Shown piece after piece: positions 26,165 to 38,190 of a stretch of DNA of 64,000 bases (positions are counted from its first letter, which is position 1; the number at the start of each line of letters is the position of its first letter). A program made the position numbers and the translations under genes. The stretch lies in NCBI RefSeq assembly GCF_004010195.1, contig NC_057718.1, positions 60,860,073 through 60,924,072 on the forward strand, read 5' to 3'. Source of the DNA: Chiloscyllium plagiosum (taxonomy: Eukaryota). Under the pieces are notes generated by a model. That model worked only from the letters and a program-made list of their open reading frames with translations, ran no database searches and had not been told where the DNA came from.

Positions 26165-26630
26165 CCGCCTCAGCTGACAAAAGATCATTGACTTAAAATA
26201 TTAACATTTTCTTTTTCCACAGATGTGGGCGGCACGGTGGCCCAGTGGTTAGCACTGCTGCCTCACAGCGCCAGAGACCCGGGTTCAATTCCCGACTCAG
26301 GCGACTGACTGTGTGGAGTTTGCACGTTCTCCCCGTGTCTGCGTGGGTTTCCTCCGGGTGCTCCGGTTTCCTCCCACAGTCCAAAGATGTGCAGGTCAGG
26401 TGAATTGGCCAGGCTAAATTGCCCGTTGTGTTAGGTAAGGGGTAGATGTAGGGGTATGGGTGGGTTGCGCTTCGGCGGGGCGGTGTGGACTTGTTGGGCC
26501 GAAGGGCCTGTTTCCACACTGTATGTAATCTAATCTAATCTAATCTAAAGATGCTGCCAGACGTGCTGAATATTTCCAGCCTTTTCTGTTTTTGTTTCAG
26601 ATTTCCAGCATATGCTATGCTTTATTTTTT
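26165..26630 (+). mobile_element. PLE 3' end with decayed HHR, interrupted by HE1 SINE
   Basis: CTGACAAAAGATCATTGACTTAAAATATTAAC...CCACAGATG | CTGCCAGACGTGCTGA parallels 36860-36960. Confidence 0.6.
26227..26548 (+). mobile_element. HE1-type V-SINE, full length
   Basis: A box TGGCCCAGTGG, B box GGTTCAATTCC, V-domain TGTGTGGAGTTTGCACGTTCTCCCCGTGTCTGCGTGGGTTTCCTCCGGGTGCTCCGGTTTCCTCCCACA, CR1-like tail ending in (TAATC)n, AGATG duplication 26221-26225/26549-26553. Confidence 0.92.
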
Positions 26631-29600
26631 GTTTAACTTCCTCCTCTTTTTCTTAATTGTGCTGTGGATTATTTTGCATCCACCCAAGTAGGCAGTTGGG
26701 TTGAAAGATTAACTTTAAAGATGGGCAAATTGTTTTCCACTGAGTGGACTAAATCTAAAACATAAGAATGATTATACTCTCCTTCAGTTTTATGGAAGAA
26801 TGAACATTTGGCTTCATTTCAAGTTTTGCTTTTTATGAGTTGAAAATAGGATATAGTTACAGATCTAGGAAAGCTAAGCATTGGTCTTGAAAAGGTCTGG
26901 ATTTCAGGGCCAGATTTATGCACATCATTCATGTACAGGTAAACAGCTATAAAATTAAGCTTGTTGCTTGAATGTTCTATTAAAAGTATTTTCCCCAGAA
27001 AGCCATCGGGAGAAAGAACAAAATTACCCAATAAGCAGATGCAGCTAATACAGCCTAATATAGAGCTACACAGTCTCACACTCTCGCTTCTTATTTACAT
27101 CCTTTTAATGCCTAAAGAAGCCCATCTGCAGGCTAGTCAATGCACTCAGCCAGCCATTATGCAGCATAACATAGCAGGTAAATAATACAGAAGCTCGATA
27201 CTAGAATTGCTCTGTTATAAAAGAGAAGTTCATTATAGTTACTTTATCAGCAGTGGGTTTATTGGTGAATCCATGGGAGATATTCTGGTGAAACAGGAGC
27301 AGAAAGAAGCAGTGCATCTTTCCATTAATAAGCTCTCTTCTGGGATCAGGCATTAGAGAGATTCAGCAGATCATAGAGCACCAGGGTATCATTTTTACAT
27401 GATTACTCTAAATTCTTAGACCAGAGACTTAAGAGAAGGGTTCTTGCAAAGGCAGCTGAGGGAATTGCTAAATGATTGGCCTAGCACTTAATTCAATAAT
27501 TTCTTTTTTTTCTCTCATTGATCAAGCTGGTTTGAGAAAAGTGATACTTTGCATATCTAGCTAAGTGCTGTTAACAGCCTCAGTCTGCGGTTTGTACAAA
27601 AAAAATTGTGAGATCTTGCTGGAGAAGTAATTTGCTTCTCTCTAACCAATGATGGCTTGCACTTTATGCAAATTGGTACCAAGGGAAAACAAATCCCTTT
27701 TAATACATATGCATAGTTCATAAAAAAGACAGGGCAGGGAAAAAAAAAAGAGATAAAGCAACGAGTCAGCAAAAGCCTTGGTTCTATGGAATTTTATCTT
27801 CCCAAATTAGATGTTTGTAACAGATGATGTGTAAAAGTGTTAACTTTGTTTTCAGCGGCTCCTGGCATACCATCAGTAGACATCACACAGATTATGGTTT
27901 AAGGAGCTGAACTGTAATAATAAAAAAAAGTGTCTGTGGGCTTCAGAGTGTTGTGTTCCATATGGTTAGGGAAGTGCAGAGTTATTGCGACAAGCATCTT
28001 GTGAAGCTCATTACCCGCCATGGTGTTAGATGCGACTAGCTGCGTATTGCTATAGGGTATGTACATGACATCCCACAGTCTGCAGATAGCAACTGGAAAT
28101 GAAAGATATGAAGGCAAAGTACAGCTTCGGGGAACATGTTAGACAAAACATCTGCTGGTATCAGAACACTGAATTATCAGATCATTCTGGCCATGAATTT
28201 TTTATAATAGCACAATTTAAAGTTCGAAGTTTCAAAGTGACATTTATATAAAAAAAAGTTATCTTCTTAATTGAATGAAGTACATGGGGAGAGTGGCATG
28301 TATCAAACAATTGTGTCATAATGAGAGGAAGCTAAATTCAATCGTTTAAAAATCCTTTGTTTAGCAAAATGCTTTTATGTGGTGTTGCTGGATGTTGTGG
28401 CCAGTTTTACTGAGATGATGATTTGTTTTACCTAATAAAACAGATCATGGATTTTATATCCTTACATTACTTTTACACCTGAAGAAGGGGCCTCAGTTGT
28501 CGTGGTAACAGCCTGATCAATAATTTTAACCTAACCAAAGTCATCACCTTTGTTCTCATTTTTAAAGGGCCCTTCAAGATAGAAATTCTGCTCATAGATT
28601 TTAAAAAAAGATGAGTTGTTTTCACTTATTTTCAGGATTTTTTCTTTCTGGTAGGATGTTGATAATAAAAACCCACAAAGCTGATCTCTTGGAGTTGCTA
28701 TTGTTAGAAAATAGAAAGGTGCTTTACACTTTGTAGGTTAAGGTTCTATTACATTTGCTCATAGATTTTTCCCATCATCGCTTTAGAAAGCTATGATAAA
28801 ATGCAGTGTTATATCTTTAAAATTGTCAAACAGTATTGGAGAATACCATTGATCTTGTAGCTTCTCATGTTCAAAAATGATAAAACTTTTTCCTGTGCGA
28901 ATCTCATTTCTACTGCTTGCCTAGAGTTATAATATGATTCATAGTTTATCATTATTATAATAAAGGAAAAGTAGTCCATGCTGTGGGTTTAGCACGTCAT
29001 GATATATCATTCTAGAACATTTGAATATCCCTATGGGCTGAATTTTCCAATTTAATGATGCTGGTGCTCTCCTTAGTTTGAATGCAATGTCAAAGCTTTG
29101 TACTTTGCATTGTGCACCAAAACAAAAAATGGCAATCTCCAAATCATGCACAGACCACTTGTTTAGATTTATTCTTATAGCATGCCTGTACAAAAACTAA
29201 AATGTTGAATGATAGGGAAGGAAACTTGGGTGTTGGTAGTCAGTTAGCAGTTCAACATCTGAGCCATTCTGTAAATTTTTCCAAAGTTTACATTTTTGCC
29301 TGTATCTGGACTCCTGTTGAACTGCTACAGTTGGCCATTTATTATAAAATAGACATTACTTTAAAAATGCAATTTTTTCATGCATTAGTTGGTTAACTGC
29401 CCTCAAGGGTGATATCTAAGACAGGTGGAGGAGAGAAATCAGAGACCCAGCAAGGTCTGAATCCCTTTTATCTAGTCCCCTCCCCAAACAATACAAAGGC
29501 TAGCTTCCGACTACCAGGTAGCCACATGTACAGTCATAATCGGAACAAACCTTCCACATTCCCTTGTGTTGGGGCTGACAATATGTTAATGCTCACACAG

Positions 29601-32600
29601 ACTGACAAATGTATTGCCCATTTTGATGCTGTGATATTTAAAAATAATGTTTTCCAAGGTAATATATTTGGAGTAAACAACATTTTAATTTTACATAACA
29701 GAACATGGTTAGAGATGCTTGTTGTACCTATATGCAGCTTTTATTTATTTAACATGGAAAGGATTAAGATCAAGTTCCATTTATTGTTTGTTATCACTAA
29801 ATTGAATTTACTTGAATCAAAAATGCTATTGTAAACATGAATTCAAAAATAGTAGTCACATTTTATATTTTGATACGTGCTTTAAAGCTACTAATTTCTC
29901 AATTTTTTTTATGACTGGAATATTTAAAAGCATTCTTTTCAAATTAAGGAGTGCTATTGTAACAGAATATATGATGATCACATGTCAACACTAAATCAAT
30001 ATTTTAATGATTTTATGGGTAGCTTTTTAATAATATTTCTTCTGACATCTCCTAAATCTACCAGCAAAGCTGAAATAATATACTGTCAAGAAATGAGTTA
30101 ATTCCAAATATTTGCACTGCAAAGACTGAAAATTAAATGAATAACTCCATTACTTCAGCATAAGTCCAAACCTTCTTCTGCAGCAAAGAGCTGACAGCTC
30201 TGCTTTGCTTTGTCCTCCTTCCTGAAAGTGAGAACATACATTACCTCAGGTGATGGAGAGATCTTCCCTGTTTATTATATACTGCATGGACATTCCATTT
30301 AAAACGTTGCTGATAACAAACAATCTTGTAAAGTCTTCGATTAATCACAGCTGGCAACGCTGAGCTGTTTGATGTTAACTGACATGCCTCCAGAAGCTCT
30401 CTTCACACCAGCAGTTCCACAAGCAGCCCAGAAAACAGATTGTCTATGTGAATTAATCAGATGTTTCTGCATGTCATTAATGATGTGCAATATTTTTTAC
30501 AATGTAATACTTACTCTCTTATTATGTGGAATTAAAACAATTAGGTGCCTGTATCACAATATAAATCTTTTATTTTTTTTGAGGGTCGGAGGAAAGGAGA
30601 AATAATTACCTAAGCCCCTGGAAAAAGAAACACAGTATTGTTGATGAATCTTAGCCCTCTGCTTGCTTTATTCTGAGTGTACTTGTCCCTTGCGGTTTTA
30701 CTCTGGGATGATTTACAATGGGAAAGGTGACATTAAACACGTCATTGAGCATGCAAAGATGCTACACTCAAAGCAGCATATGCTTGACTTTGTTAAAAGA
30801 TGAATGCTGCCAAATCTGCAGGGCCCATCCTGATCCGGCCTCTTTGTAAACTTTGTGATGGCTGCCGAGGCTTGTTTTTGCTCTGAAAAGCACAAGCAAA
30901 CTTATTCATGATTCATGCCTGTACATCCAATCTAAATTAAAAAGGGTTGCATGTAAACTATATTGTCTCCCATTTTTCCTAATTCACACCCCCACACCCA
31001 GCCTCTTGTCACCTGTGCTCATTCTCCCATTTTACAAAAAGCAAACTAAATAGTAACTCCTCAAAACCATTAAGGTTAAAGCTAAAAGTACAACTAAGGA
31101 CCAAAATATTTCAGATGTTTGACTAAAATATTTATGATTAAATTCTGCCTGTAAATGCAGGTAAGTGGCAGATTTTTATCTTTATTTGCCAGTTGTTGTG
31201 CTGATGAATGGCTGCAGAGCTAAGTTTTCTTTTTCATCTTGCTAGAGCTGCTATGACCTAGATTCCTAGGATAGTGCTGACATTGATGTCTGGACAAGAC
31301 ACGGTAGCCTCCAGTTGCATTGGTTTCAGTAGTTATAAAAAATAAGCCACCCCCACCCCCCCTTTGAATATGAAAATGCTGACAGAACTCAGCTCTGTCA
31401 TTTATGTGATTGCTACAAATCAGTGCAGTTTGAATTATTGTTTTATTTCTTGGATTGTTATACATTGCTCAGCACACATTTGTTGTCTTTTTCGTTGCTT
31501 CTGTTATTTTTATTTTTATTATTCCAAAGGTTGTAATGTTATTCTACGGTATAACTGTCATCATCTTCAAAGATGTATAATAGATGTTGCCCTTCAACTT
31601 ATCTTTAAAATTCCTTCACAATCATGTCACATGTAATAATATAAAAATGCATCTTTTCTTATGTTCCTATGCTTTGTTTAAATACCAGATTAGCACCACA
31701 TAGATCCGGAGTAAAATTATTAGTTATTCCGAAAATCTGTCATAGGTTGTAAACTATAAAACAAACCTGCAATGAGACAGTTCAAGTCTAATTATTTTAT
31801 TTGAGGATCGTGTCAGTCAGTCAAAGTTCGGAAGCATTTAAAATGAACTGTAGCGTTTACAATGTACTTGGACTTCCAAAATTATATTACCTCATTCTTG
31901 ATATTGTGAACCAGTAATTTCTGTAGCATTCATTTTTGAGAAATAGTCATTTTTCTTTAATATAGTAAAATGAATTATGTTGACAACCGTAGATTATTTA
32001 TCATAAACAATACATATGGCTATAAATATTTTCTGATGTATATTAACTATATGTGGGATCTGCAATGTAAAGTTATAAATGGCACAGTATGCACATAATT
32101 TAGTATAAAATGTGGTGTAGGTATGCAGACAATTAATTTAACATATAGACATTTTTATACAAGTATATAAATTTAGGCATATATAATTTACAAAAATGTG
32201 AGTAATTGAGTAGCTGTATTTGTATGTTATTGTTACGTGTCTACATATTTATACATGGATGGTATTCATTTTGTTTTTACTCACTGTGAATATAAGCCAA
32301 GGAAGTAAAATCTGCACAAACCCTTTTTCTATGTTATCCAATCGTTCATTCGGGGAAAATAATGTTTAAAAGGGAAAAGCAATTTATATTATTTTGAAAT
32401 ACATGAATTTTAATATACAAAAATGAGCAACAATCAACTATAAAATATAAATGTAAAGGAAAATATAATTCATATTTGTAAATGGAAGGTAATATAACAT
32501 GCCCCCAAGATAAATTAACCTTCTGAGTACTAAATTACTTTTAGAGTTCAAAATGCATTTTTAGCCATACGATAGTTTCAAAACTGTATTTCTGTACATT

Positions 32601-33268
32601 CCTCATACAGACCTTTTATAAACTTGATTTAGAAAAGTGGAGTGGACCAAATAACCATTAAAAACTGTAAACGACTCACAACATTGCCATGGTACAAAAT
32701 AGTAGTGTAGTCTTCATAGGGTGACCAAATCAAATGTTTGTTTAACGCGTGAATTAAAGGCTTTTTAAAACCTGTGTGAGCTTGAGAAAAAAAAAGTTGA
32801 ATCTTTTAGTCTTTAGGTAATGACGGCATGTTTAATTCAGTTTTTATTCTAAGAATACTGTCATTGAAAATGCACTATATATATTCAGCTTAATAACGTC
32901 AATGAAATAATCAGTGTGGAAGGGATATAATGGAAACATTGTATTGCAGCCCACAAGGAAATGATCATAAGACCTCCACCAATTGTTTCATAATATAGCA
33001 TTAGATGGTGGAGCTTATTACAACATTGCTCTTTAACATATTATGGAGCAATTAGACATTTTTGAAGGGAGTCCAGCCTCTGGTTTCAAGTTCTGAAAAG
33101 ATTAAAATAATTTTGCGCATCCTTGGTCTCACCAGTGATGACATAACATTCTTTGTGCTGCCTTCATCTCAAATTTGTTGAAGTAAGGATCTCAAGCCAT
33201 TCTGCCAAAGTCTGTTTATTTATAGGTGCTCATGATGTGTCACAAGGTTGTTTGTTTACAGCATTTCA

Positions 33269-33360
33269 CTGAAGAAGGGCTAATGCCCGAAACGTCGATT
33301 CACCTGCTCCTTGGATGCTGCCTGACCTGCTGCACTTTTCCAGCAACACATTTTTCAACT
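33269..33360 (+). mobile_element. PLE 3' end, family A, truncated at the HHR core
   Basis: CTGAAGA A GGGC TAAT GCCC GAAA CG TC GATT then GGATGCTGCCTGACCTGCTG; 5' strand of stem I missing. Confidence 0.78.
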
Positions 33361-33484
33361 TTTAATACAGTGTCAAGTTTGGAGTTGTTTGAATGTATTC
33401 AGCTTAAAGAAAAGGTAATACATTGTTTCATTAACCAACAATGTCAGAGGAATACTTATTTGAATTGAATTAAAAACAGTATAA

Positions 33485-33950
33485 AATGACATAGAACATA
33501 CAGATGTTTCATTCAGGCTGTTTTATACTCCACACAAGCTTTTTGTCACTCTACTTTATCCAACCCTACCTGCATATCCTTCTCTTCAAACTCAAGTTCT
33601 CCTCATATCCATCTGTGATATTCAGCTGAACTACCGCTTGATGAAACAAGCTCCATACCCTTAAAGCCCTCTGGATAAAGCTGCTTCTCCTGAATTTCCA
33701 CTCTATTTATTATTGACCATTCCTAGTTTCCAGTTATGGATTGCCCCACAGGTATGGAAACATCTGCTCTATGTCAACCCTATCAAACCTCTTCATTATT
33801 GTAAAGATAGCTATCTTGCCACCCCGTTTCCTTGCCTCTTCTAGTCAAAAGTGCCCTAGCCTCTTCAGATTTTCTTGATAGATACAGCTTTTCACATCTA
33901 ATAGTATACTTCTAAATCTTTGTTGCACCTCCTGCAGTGTCTCAATATCA
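33485..33950 (-). mobile_element. CR1 LINE 3' fragment, old
   Basis: Degenerate reverse of the CR1 RT C-terminus/3' UTR seen at 16166-16700. Confidence 0.55.
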
Positions 33951-35229
33951 GCAACACTTATTAAAAATTACAGGAAAGGAACAAAGCTAAAATAACAAAG
34001 ATTTTCTTCAGATTATAAATAACTTTATACAGGAACTAAATATGAATGCCAGGAATTTGGCTGAGGCAGGTTTTTCACTTTTACTTCATTCAAAATTGCA
34101 ATGTTTTGTTAGATGCAGTAATTTAGGCCAGCAACGTACAAATACAGTGCATGATCTTCATTACTGAGTACCATTCACAAAAACACAGACAGCACAATTG
34201 TCTACAGCAAACACAATTACTGCCAACATGGTATGAGGGCTGCTTCCTGCCATTGCCTGAGACAACTGGTGAGCTGGTGCCATTGACCCCTGCCTGCCTT
34301 GCTGCTGCCAGTGGGGCTGCTCCAAGCACGCTCTCCTCATCCCCATCCCTGGCTGTCATCAATCTTGCTAAAGTGACAGCAGACAGATGTTAGCCTTTGC
34401 AAAGATCAAATCCATGGCTTTGGGGCTGTTCACCAAGGAGCAGCTTAGTCTGCACCAAGCAGAGGCAGCAGCAATCACCTCTATTACATCACTCTAGCTT
34501 TCTTCGTTTGCACAGGCATGACAGTCAGAACATTTTTACTGCACTGTGCAAAGGCCAACGATTTTTAAAAACAAAATATTCGTTGTGACTGGCTTTAATC
34601 AATTATAACCAAATTCATTCCTAGTTGGGATTCCTAACTCACCTTTGTATTCTATTAGCATTCTTGTACATTAACAAAATATGACATGGTAGCAGAAATA
34701 TCATTAATAGCAAAATATTCCTTCTTGTCTGATTTTTTTTTGTTTAAAGAGGCATTGTCATCAGTGATTGCGGTTCTAATGTATAAATGTAAGATGTAAG
34801 ACCCGAGTGTGGGGATCACAACAGTGGTCATCCATTCCCAGTCCACAAACATCTTGCACTGCCCTTTCATCTAGATGATTTCAGCAAAGGACCCAATTCA
34901 AAACATGCTTATGAACTCTGCACACTTAACAGGTGGCCCAGTAGGATGCATGACTAACATGATCTGCTACTAGTTTGGACCATTTAAAGACAAAGGGAAT
35001 CTGCACCCTTAGAAACTGGTGCAACTGTCTCTGGATTTCTTGGATAAAAGAAGAAAGCTAGCAAATAAAGGGTCAGGCTGACCTAAGACTTCAAGTGTTC
35101 CATATGCCATGGAAGCCATTAGTAATGGCGGTGGAGAAAAGGAAAGATAAGCCCATTGCCACGGAAGCCTGGACACCAGTATAACTCCTCTATGAGAGAA
35201 TGGGAACAGGTGGCCTCACACCATTCACA

Positions 35230-35511
35230 GATGTAGGTTTGTTCACTGAGCTAGAAGGTTTGTTTTCAGATGTTTCATCACCATACCAGGTAACATCATC
35301 AGTGAGCCTCCAGATGAAGCACTAGTGGCAATGCCCGCTTTCTATTTATGTGGATAGAAAATGGGCCATGCAACCAGTGCGTCATCCGGAGGCTCACTGA
35401 TGATGTTACCAAGTAAGGTGATGAAACGTCTGAAAATGAACCTTCCAGCTCAGTGAGTAAACCTACCTCCAGAACCTCAACCTGAACTACAAATCTTCTC
35501 AAAACTCACTA
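35230..35511. mobile_element. Palindromic Poseidon-family PLE cassette with an HHR on each strand and 10-bp TSD
   Basis: TSD ACCATTCACA 35220-35229 and 35512-35521; arms ~35230-35346 and ~35355-35470; HHRs 35266-35305 (-) and 35394-35433 (+). Confidence 0.85.
35394..35433 (+). ncRNA. Minimal type I hammerhead ribozyme, family C, intact core
   Basis: TCA CTGATGA T GTTACC AAGTAA GGTGAT GAAA CG TC TGA. Confidence 0.75.
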
Positions 35512-35619
35512 ACCATTCACACAGTCTAACCCTAAGGACTTGCCTGCAGTATGTGGAATATCTTCAATAACCTCACACTGCCAAGGGCAAAGTATAGGAT
35601 GCACCTTCATATGGTATCT

Positions 35620-36962
35620 CCTACCCACCAGATCACCAACCTCTCATTCTGCTCAAACCATCAATCACTCACTCATCAGCAATCAGATACTCCGTTCCTT
35701 GACATCTCTCTTTCCATTTGTGGGAATACGCTGGTCACTGATATCAACTACAAACCCACTGATTCCTAGTATTACCTCGACTGTACATCATCACACCCTG
35801 CTTTCTGCAAGAACTCCATTCCATTCTCCTAGTTTCTCTGTCTCTGTCCCACCAGTTCTGATGATGCCACTTTCTGCAGGAGTGCCTCAGAAATGTCCAT
35901 CTTTTTCCTCACCGGAGGATTTTCCAGTAACGATAGGGTCCCCATGGTCCTCACCGACCACCCTCCCAGGCAAAAGTCACCATTTCAGTTACATCCAATG
36001 CGATTCCATGAGCAAACAGGTATTCCCCTCCACTCCTTAGTTAGCATTCAGCAGGGACCACTTTTCTGACACCCTGATCCACTCCTCCACTCCCAGCACC
36101 TTGCCACAAAATAACAGACTCTTCCCATGCAATTGCAGAAAATGTAAAACCTGCCATTTACTTCATCCCTCCCCATTATCCAAGACCCCAGCCATACCTT
36201 CCAGGTGAAGCATCAATTGCCTGTACCTCATTCAATCCAGTCTACTGTATTTGCTGTTCATAATGTGGTCTCCTCTACAATGGGGAGACAAAACGCAGAC
36301 TGGGTGACTGCTCTGCAGAACACCTATACTCTATCTGCAAAAATAACCCCAAGCTTCCAGTTGCCTGCCACTTCAACACACCACCATGTTCCCACGGCAA
36401 CATTTCTGTCACAGACCTTCTGCAGTACTCCAGTTAGCCTCAGCACAAGCTCAAAGAACAACATCTTATTTTCCACTTGGGGACTTTACAGCCTCTAGGA
36501 TTCAACGTTGAGTTCAATAACTTACAAACCTGATTCCATCCTTTAATGATTTTCACCCAGCCCCACACCCAGTCCAGTTATGACATGGGTTGCTTTTGGC
36601 ATAGTCACCTATTTTCACCTATCCCTAGTTGTGTTATTACATACTATGTACAGCTCATCCATTGTCTCCTACTCTTTGCTCTTATTATCACTTATTCAGA
36701 TTTTCTTCTCTCCTGGCCTGCTATTCATAAATTCATTGTTTAACTCTCTCTCTCTGGACTCTGACTTCACTTATCCACTTACTTCCCCGTCCATCCCCCA
36801 CCCCTTCCCCAACCTCATCTCCAAGCATAAATACCACTTTTTCCGAGTTGTGAACAGTTCTGATGAAGAGTCATCAGACTCAAAATATTAACTCTGCTTT
36901 CTTCCCATAGGTGCTGCCAGATCTGCTGAGTTTAATCAGCAATTTCTGGGGTTTTTTCCAGA
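35620..36962 (+). mobile_element. Neptune-type Penelope-like element, 5'-truncated: RT C-terminus, Cys-rich linker, GIY-YIG endonuclease, 3' end with decayed HHR
   Basis: PFLDISLSI.G..L.TDINYKPTDS (~35690-35766); FPCNCRKCKTC (36122-36154); VYCICCS*CGLLYNGETKRRLGD...EHL...PVACHFN (36240-36377); HHR remnant 36856-36893. Confidence 0.88.
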
Positions 36963-37734
36963 TACTCTTCCTTCACTTGGATGCAAATAGCAACGCTGCC
37001 ACCTTGGAGACAGGAACGGGAAGAGGAATGAGGAGTTGATCGGAACAGGAATGGGAGCAAGAAGACTTCCAAAAGTGAGAGTGGCAGGGGGTGTGAAATG
37101 GGCAGAAAGAGGACATGAGTGAATGGTGAAGGAAGTAAAGAGTAATGATGAGTGATGGTTTGTATCACACTATGTAAGAATAACCTCTGAGTCACCTCAG
37201 GCACCTATAACCGAAGTAATTTTATTTATATAAAAACAGAGATTTCTGAAAAAGCTCTGCAGGTCTGGCAGAATCTGTGGAGAGAAATCAGTTTTGGATC
37301 AATTTCAGATTTTGTTTCTGATTTACAGCATCTGTAGTTCTTTCAGTTTTTAATTTTACTCAGACCTTCCCTAGAGAAAAGACAACACAGAAAGCAAATT
37401 AACCAAGTGCCTAGATCTTGCAACATACTACACCTCCTCCCTACTTAAAAAAAGCATATACAATAAGATATAAAATGGTACATATATTATTTCACAGAGT
37501 ACAATGTGACTAAACCATCTTTAACAACAGCTGAAGATTTAACAGGCTCTGTTGCAAACCTTTATTTAACATAATCACAATCAAAACTGATGCTGGCCGA
37601 ATTATTTCCTCGTAACAAAAGATAAGTTTCATTTATAAGTGTACGTAACTATTTGACAAATAATGAAAAAAATGACTTTCTTCTTCCTCCTTCTTACATT
37701 CTTTTGATTAACCTGAATGGTTTCTGCTCTTTCC

Positions 37735-38190
37735 CAAAGATTTACCAGACCAATTGCTGAAATGGCAGGACCAACACATGAAGAGAGATTGGATCAGTTA
37801 GGTAGGTATTCACTCCAATTTGGAAGATTAAGGAGGGATCTCATAGAAATCAATAAAATTCAAACAGGAATAGATGGAAATACAGAAAAGATGTTCCCAA
37901 TGACTGGGTGTACCAAACCAGTCTGAAAATATGGGACTGAGATGAGAAGACATTTCTTCACCCAGAGAGTGGTGAGCCTCAGGACTTCTCTGCCCAGAAA
38001 ATGGTTGAAGCCAAAACATTGATGCTTTCAAGAAGGACTAAGATATAGTTCTTAGGTCTAAAGGAATCAAATGGTAAGGGGACTAAGCAGGAACAGGTGA
38101 CTGAGTAGGATGATCAGCCATGATCATATTGAATGATGGAGCAGGCTCTAAGAGCTGAATGGCCTACCCCCTCTCCTATTTTCTATGTTT
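37735..38190 (+). mobile_element. CR1 LINE 3' fragment inserted in the Gypsy relic
   Basis: ORF QRFTR.I..M...T.EERLDQLG.YSL.F.RLRRDLIEI.KI; tail GATGATCAGCCATGATCATATTGAATG. Confidence 0.8.

Larger units (their letters stand above)
25985..26745 (-). mobile_element. DeuSINE split into 25985-26155 and ~26635-26745 by nested insertions
   Basis: Deu-domain motif GATAGTGACCAGACAAGCTG...ATAAATATC on the left continues as AACTTCCTCCTCT...CATCCACCCAAGTAGGCAG on the right. Confidence 0.55.
35100..35590 (+). mobile_element. Harbinger-type Myb/SANT DNA-binding gene relic, interrupted by a PLE palindrome
   Basis: Fragments read LVMAVEKRK...EWEQVA [insertion] ...RT..Q...FNNLT, the pattern of Myb/SANT-like proteins of PIF/Harbinger elements. 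Confidence 0.5.

Noticed and set aside
26227..26300. tRNA gene (also 62720-62794)
   Set aside because: A and B boxes belong to the HE1 SINE head, which continues into V-domain and tail.
28478..28500. HHR-like CCTGAAGAAGGGG
   Set aside because: No closing stem II, GAAA or cleavage triplet.
30227..30312. Micro-exon candidates on either strand
   Set aside because: Splice-like signals exist but the peptides are short, unrecognised and expected by chance.
31115..31166. Exon ending at the strong donor CAG|GTAAGT
   Set aside because: All three frames from the nearest acceptor contain stops; no supporting context.
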